Positions 57,856 to 64,000 of a stretch of DNA of 64,000 nucleotides are shown here, in pieces (the stretch's first letter is position 1; each line of letters starts with the position of its first letter). A program made the position numbers and the translations under genes. The DNA lies in NCBI GenBank assembly GCA_026023565.1, contig JAPETS010000003.1:310001-374000 (forward strand), in the 5' to 3' direction. The notes under the pieces were generated by a model. The model was not told where the DNA came from. It did not search any database and was given only the letters and a program-made list of their open reading frames with translations. This DNA is from Cirrosporium novae-zelandiae (Eukaryota).

Positions 57856-59497
57856 TCAAGAAATCCCTTCCATATTTGTCGTAAATCTTTGCACAACTGG
57901 AACCGAGCTTGGTGGCAAGGAGCCATGCTCACACACAACCATCTTAATATATTCAGCTGGAGTGACATCGTACATGAGATTCAACAGCTGCAAATTCGGT
58001 ATGTCTTGCCACTTCTCTAGTGGAGAGGCTTTCGGGGCATCTGCCGGTCTTGCAATAGTCTGAATTTCAGGCGGAGGGATTGAAACAAGCTCATCAGGTG
58101 GTGCAACTTCATTCAAAACAATACTGTCCAGGGCGACTCGCTCTGTGAATTTGATACTCTCACAACATACAATGACTGGCACATCAGCTTCACAAGCCAT
58201 CATTGCCACGATTGCAGTGCCGGCTCTTGAGTATAACCGTCCGTTGCTCATCATGGCATGTGCTCCCAAGAAGACCTTTGTAGCGTCTTTGACCGCGTGG
58301 CTGATGCCATGGATTAATGAATACTGTACTTCAATACCCAGATTTGAAAGAGATCGAGCTAAATTCCGGCCTTCAAAAAGCGGTCTCGAGTCGGTAACAA
58401 TCACCCTGAAATTTTTGCCTCTCTTATGTGCCTCAATAATAGTGCTCTGGACAATGCTACTTTTCGCAAATGTGAGAATGACATCTCCGTCAACTATCTT
58501 CTCCACACTCTTTTCAGCGATTACCTGATCTGCAAGGGTGATTCTTTCTCTGATGAAAAAGTCTATGGCTTCACACAGATCGGCTTTTGCCTTTGATTCT
58601 GGAGTATCCACATCGACCTTATTGATCTCGAGTTTCAACCACCTGATAGCGTTTCCCATGGAAATAGCCATCGGCCTACAGGAGACAAGATATTCGATTT
58701 GTGGAGATAGATGGGAGACAAGATGGCGATTTAAGGAGTGACCAGGAGGGGTAGTATAAGATTCAATGACCTAGAACAAACGATAGTTAGCATATAATGG
58801 TCTAGTAAATTAATGGGAATAGAGCCCTTACTCGTTTGAAGGCAAGCAAAGTAGCGACGCATCTAGCATTACTCCCACAAATCACATAATTACTCATCTG
58901 CAACCCTAAAGCCAAAACCGCTGGATGCACATCTTTCCCAGCCCCCACCAGATTTGTTCTCCTAGGATGCCCATACAAGTGCCCAAATAAAGCAACCTTC
59001 TTACTTTCCTCGCCTAGGGCTACCTGTACAGACCCAATTCGTATTGGAATTCCCTTTGCGGGTTCCACAGCTTGTGATCCAGTACGCTTGTGTAGGCCTT
59101 TTGATCCTTGATTTTGACCAGAGGTCCCCTTCCCTCCTTTGGGGGCATGTTCTGAATCTTTTGCTCCCGTCTTTTTTGCCGCAGTTGTAGGGTGTTGCGC
59201 AGAAATTTGGGGGACGGTCGCTTTTTCGGCCTTAGCCTTCTCTCGCCTCTTTGCTTTTTCCTCTTTTGCTAATTTCTTCTTCTCTGCATTACTTAGGACT
59301 TTCTCGCCGGGCGCAGAATCTTTGGGAGAAGGTTCTTTGGCTGGTTTTGGAGCAGGTGGTTTTGGGGCCGTAGTTTGACCATTGGTTTTTGGTTCAGCAG
59401 GCGCAGCGGAAATCACTTCTTTGATTTCTGGAGCGCTTTCTTTTTCAGATACTGGCGCATCAGCTGTAACATTTGGCTTCTCTTCCATAGTGGCCAT
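57856..59497 (-). CDS. GCD2: Translation initiation factor eIF2B delta subunit
   Basis: VALFGHLY, VHPAVLALGLQMSNYVICGSNARC, SMGNAIRWLK, DSRPLFEG, LGAHAMMSNG.LYSRAGTA, YDVTP; intron 58771-58831. Confidence 0.93.
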
Positions 59498-59890
59498 AAT
59501 TTGTTGCCGTTAGTGGGCGGGGCTGGTGGTTGATTTGATTGTGGGTGAGATTTGACTTTGAGTCACAGGTCGATGTTCTAAAATCATCGCGAAGTAGGCG
59601 AGTGATGACGGAGCCATTATTTCAAGACAGCAACATAATCATAGAACGTCAATACTCTTTTGATTTATGAAAGGGAATAGAGAAACTACATGAAGTACTA
59701 CAGAAAATCATGGGCATGACTCTACATTTATAGGGTATTTGGTATTTCAATAATTAACATGACTCATAGGCGCCCAGACACCTTGCTCAATTCCATCCGT
59801 CATGCAGTTCATTAGCCCACTCCCCTTTACTGATGACGATATTGAAATCAGCTCCTTCCCAAGTATGGATGCATTCCTAAGATCAACAGC

Positions 59891-61732
59891 TCAATTAACA
59901 AAAGTCTCCCCAAGAATATGTCTACAGTGCGTATCAATGCCAAACCTCTCCTTATCGTCAGCAAGCTTGCGTCTGAAAAGCCCTAGATCTTTCAAGAGCT
60001 CTTCTGCTTCGGCTTGGATCTCAAGGGCCTCTATCTCACTGGGGTCGCTATCATCGTCATAGATTAAGTCTGGCTCTGGTGACGGAGATCTATTTTCCCT
60101 GTCCTCTCCATCGTCCGTCTCAGCGACAGAGGCTAAGCTAACAGACCTGCTCTTCGATCTAGGAGGATCTAGCGGGATAGGATGTTTCAAGCTATCCACC
60201 GCAAGCTTAAGGTGTAGACGCAAGGCCTCGTTCTCGGTCTGCAATTGCTTAATCTTGCATTCGCTGACCATTTTCGTCTCCTCCATGAGTCTCTGCATCT
60301 TCTCAACCTGTTTTTGATACTCCTCCACTTGTGCATTTTGGAGATCATCTTCTCTCTTCTTTCTCGCTTGCTCTTGACTAACAGATACCTGAAGGGTACG
60401 GATTGTCTCCTGCATCTCCTTGATTTGGGCGTCACGTTCGGCAGCAGAAAGGTGATCCTGGTTGACGATGGCACGGGTGCGAATATGTTTGGCCTGATCA
60501 GCATAACGTAAAGTCGAAAGAGTCTCGTCATAGTCTGATGGTGAGATGCATGCAATCATGGCAGTCTTCGAATTCCCACCCAAGCTGTCCTTGAGAAGCC
60601 AGGTTAGAATCGAGTCTCGATACGGAACAATATCTTTATGCTTCCGGCCATTATGGAGGCGGCAGTGCTTGGGGTCTGCTAGGGCAGCAATGACTCGTCC
60701 CAGTGTCGTCAGAGATTTGTTGATATTAGATCCTTCCCGAAGGCGCTGTCCGGTTGCTTCTGTACGGTTTGCTCGCTCTGATCCAGCCAAATCCACCAAT
60801 CGAATTCGCGCTGTACGCTCTGTTGTCTCATCCGTATCCAAATCATGATGGATTTGTTTTAGCATGATGGTAAAAACTGAATGCGATCTTGAGCTAGTGT
60901 CATTCATTTTCGTCGAAGCTGTGGTCCTCGACATGTCTCCCATCCGCATATATCTCAAGATTTCATTCAAATTCTTGACTGGCATATCAGTCAGATCCTT
61001 CACATAAGGTCCTTCGGTAGGTGATTCGCGAATCTTGAGATAAAAAGGAGGATCGGTTCGTGGTACAAGAAGATCTCGGACATGCTCATTGTAGACCTCA
61101 AAGTACGAGACGCGTACGCTGTAACTAATGTTGGGAGAGGTTGAGGCTTCCATGCGCTGAAACAGATCTTCACAGGTTCGTGGAATCAGTCCAGGCTCCT
61201 CGGGGGTGCCCATCATAGTGTAACTCTTTCCAGAGCCTGTTTGACCATAGGCAAAAATGCAGGTATTATATCCTTCGAAATTATGGTCAAGGAACTCTTC
61301 TCCGAGGCAGTTGTATACATCATCCTGACCAGCGTAGTGTTCGTCCTCTCTATCATGAGACCAGAAGGAGTTATCGAAGACAAATTTCTTCTCTTCAAGT
61401 ACCTTTCGACTCTTGATGCGAGGGTCGTTAGGGTCCACGTATGTAGGTACTAGAAGCCTTGTCGTCTGTCCATCGGTGCCCATCTCAACGAGACATTCGG
61501 ATGCCTTTTTAATCTCTTATTTGGCATTAGAAGTACTTCTCTGATAGGTAAGCGCCGTAGACCTACCTCTAGGCAAGAATTTCCGCACTCTCACCACCAC
61601 TTTGACATTCCCACCGCCAATATCGGGCGTGCTTCTTCCCATATTTGTGACAACAACAGACTCCCTCGATCTCAGCGACGGCGACGAGGCCGAAGATTGG
61701 GAGTTTCCAAAACCACGTGCATCGAGAGCCAT
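59891..61732 (-). CDS. Kinesin-3 family motor, short fungal type (UncB/NKIN3-like)
   Basis: NVKVVVRVR, FDNSFWSH, YGQTGSGKSYTMMG, NDTSSRSH, LVDLAGSER, short coiled-coil tail with no FHA/PH domain visible; intron 61516-61566. Confidence 0.9.
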
Positions 61733-63049
61733 ATCTTCAAGCAGTTGACAAATATTCACAATTGTTGCTTTAAAACGTAGTCTTTCGTAAATGAACATGG
61801 AGTTGTTTTCCCGCTAGTAATCCTTGATCCTGGTTTCCAGGGTGATTATCGGGTATCAACATAGCAAGCGCCAATGTTAAAGTCTAGAAGGGCAGAATTT
61901 CCTCACATGAGTACGTGTATAATCAAGAAAACGATAGAAATTCAAAAGAATGAAAATGCATTCAATTGCAGAGAAAAAAGCTAGATTTACAAACGTAAGT
62001 TGATGAACTTGCTGATGGAATTTGTTGAGCTTCGGAGAGAGGTAAACAAATAACCACATACGGTTGCTGGTTACACAATAAAAAGGGTTGATAGCCGTTT
62101 TCACATATATTGGTCAAGAGGCCTCCCAAGGAAGAATTGAATTCCATTCTCTCTAATCTTTGTCTTAATTTTTCTACTTCGTTTAGTATTAGTATGCGCA
62201 TTAGCATTCAACAGGCATTCAACACCATTATCTTCCGTCTGTTGCTGACGCCTGGAAACTTGCCGCATTCATTTTCGGATATAACTTTGTGTTAGGATAC
62301 AGATATTCTATCAACAAGGCGATTGATGCTTATAGATAACAGGTATAACGGAGGAATTCTTTTCATATCTCCCACAACCTGCTTATCTTGGGAAATCCTC
62401 TCTACAACTTCTATTCCGGTAATCCATGGACACAGCTATGTGGTATGGTAGCAGTGGCTTCTTACAGCTGATACAGCCTGATGGTGGTTATACATACTAG
62501 GCTTTAGTTTAACAATTGGTGTATCGGTGCTTGCTAATGTTGTCCAGTACAATATGCGTAAGTATAGAATCAACGATGATCAATCTCGGCTATCGGATAG
62601 ATAGTATTTAGCGCCCATAGCCCTCAATCAAAGAAATCAATCAGTCGCCCTTGAGCTGACGATTTCCCAGCCCCTGCAGTAGCTTAAGCTACGGGAACTG
62701 CGGGTTATCTGATTTGAAGTTATTTTTGTCTTATCCCCCAAGTTCTATTACAACCTTTAGCAGAGGAGCCTTTTTCAAAACATATTATCCATCCGATCAT
62801 GCGTCTTTGGACCCCATCTTGAGCTGACAATTATCCCTAAGAGACTGAGCTGTGGCTGTTCAGCTGAGCATCCTGAGGCCAAAAGTTGCTTAAACCTCAT
62901 CTTTTCCTTTCAACACTGCCCCTCCATGAAGATATTCGATACTTATAACATGGCGTCATCCCTCTATCAGCAGGGCTCTCCCGTTGACGATTCTCTCAGA
63001 CCACACATAAATAGTGCATATTCCTTGATACAAGAACACTAAATCCATC

Positions 63050-64000
63050 ATGGTCGAACCCAGTTTCTCACAAACTAAAGCAAGCATGTACTTCTCTCGG
63101 CCCATGGTAAAGTTTGAAGAGCGAAATGAAGATGCAAAACTTGTATTCAATAAGGCATGTCATCTCTACTACCCAAAAAAGTTTATTCAGTTTACTGCTA
63201 ACAGCTTGTACTTCATAGACGATTGATGGATGTCGTTCTCAAGGAAAGAATCTTTACTCCAAAGTCGCATGTTTCTTAATGAATTGGGTAGATGATGACA
63301 TGGGTACAAATGGTGAAGTCAGTCTTTAAATAAACAGGAGAAGCATAACGAGAAATCCCACTAATCACTTTATGAGTATTTAGGTAGAGCAGCTGCAGGA
63401 AATTTTCGGCACTACGTTTGGATACCTAACACATTCATTCAAAATACCTTCACAAAATTCCCAGAAGATAGCAACGAAGGAAATTTCTGACTTCGTCTGG
63501 GCTCACGACTCACCAGATAGTTTAATCATACTGTATTATGGAGGTCACGGTGAGGCAAGGGACAATTCCTTAATTATTACAGCTTGTGAAACAGGAAATG
63601 ACCCCTCGATGGATTTCGAGAAGATCATGTTACTTCTTAAGAAAGTGAAATCTGACGTCCTATTGATTTTGGACTGCTGCTTTGCCGGAAAAGCTTTCAC
63701 TGATCAACCGCTAGGCCGTGGCAAGTTTGAGGTTCTGGCATCGTCATCTGCAAACGGATACAGCTACCCCCCAAAGGAAAAAGGTTCTTTCACTAGAATT
63801 ATGATCAACACACTACCATCTCTCTTAGCTGATGGTCCCTTTTCCGCATCTACTCTCCTGCGAAAAATTTACCATAATTCACATCTCCAGGACGATGTCA
63901 GGCCTATGTATTTCGAACAATCTTTGTTTGAAGATGAGTTTGATGACGGTAGAATATGGCTCCGACCTAAGCAGGACAACTCTTTATTGGCGTCCCCTCC
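63050..64000 (+). CDS. Caspase-fold (peptidase C14/CHAT-related) protein, truncated by window end
   Basis: Exons 63050-63154, 63219-63317, 63384-end; YSKVACFLMNWVDDDM..E|VEQLQEIF..FGY; LIILYYGGHG and DVLLILDCCFAG (His/Cys dyad); FEVLASS; GSFTRIMI; frame still open at 64000. Confidence 0.8.

Noticed and set aside
1..64000. tRNA, rRNA, CRISPR array, autonomous transposon, PKS/NRPS cluster
   Set aside because: None recognised by eye; eukaryotic sequence, no repeat-spacer array, no transposase/RT or backbone enzyme ORF. A covariance-model scan was not possible

Overview
Gene-dense 64-kb window of a filamentous ascomycete (Pezizomycotina) nuclear genome, with spliceosomal introns (GT-AG, CTRAC branch sites) and about 26 protein-coding loci. 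Conserved genes: RAD5, GTPBP1-like GTPase, ATP13-type PPR protein, GPI12, LDB19/ART1, PPIL2/CYP8, EDC3, PIF1, eIF2B-delta, short kinesin-3. Metabolic genes: L-rhamnose 1-dehydrogenase, PhyH-family dioxygenase, Gfo/Idh/MocA oxidoreductase, AlaX editing protein, and a divergent thymine-7-hydroxylase / iso-orotate decarboxylase pair (thymine salvage). Most notable: (1) a spliced in-frame fusion of a HeLo-like/SesA-type fungal NLR N-terminal domain to a complete low-molecular-weight tyrosine phosphatase (43876-45188); (2) an HG/DCC caspase-fold protease gene with a probable GC-AG intron, missed by the ORF track and running off the right end; (3) an acid-free, presequence-like 73-aa extension on the thymine hydroxylase; (4) a palindromic TA-flanked MITE family in four copies, one of which contains an ACGCGT (MCB) box in the RAD5 promoter. 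All family assignments come from motif recognition by eye; no database searches were run, and exon boundaries are manual predictions.
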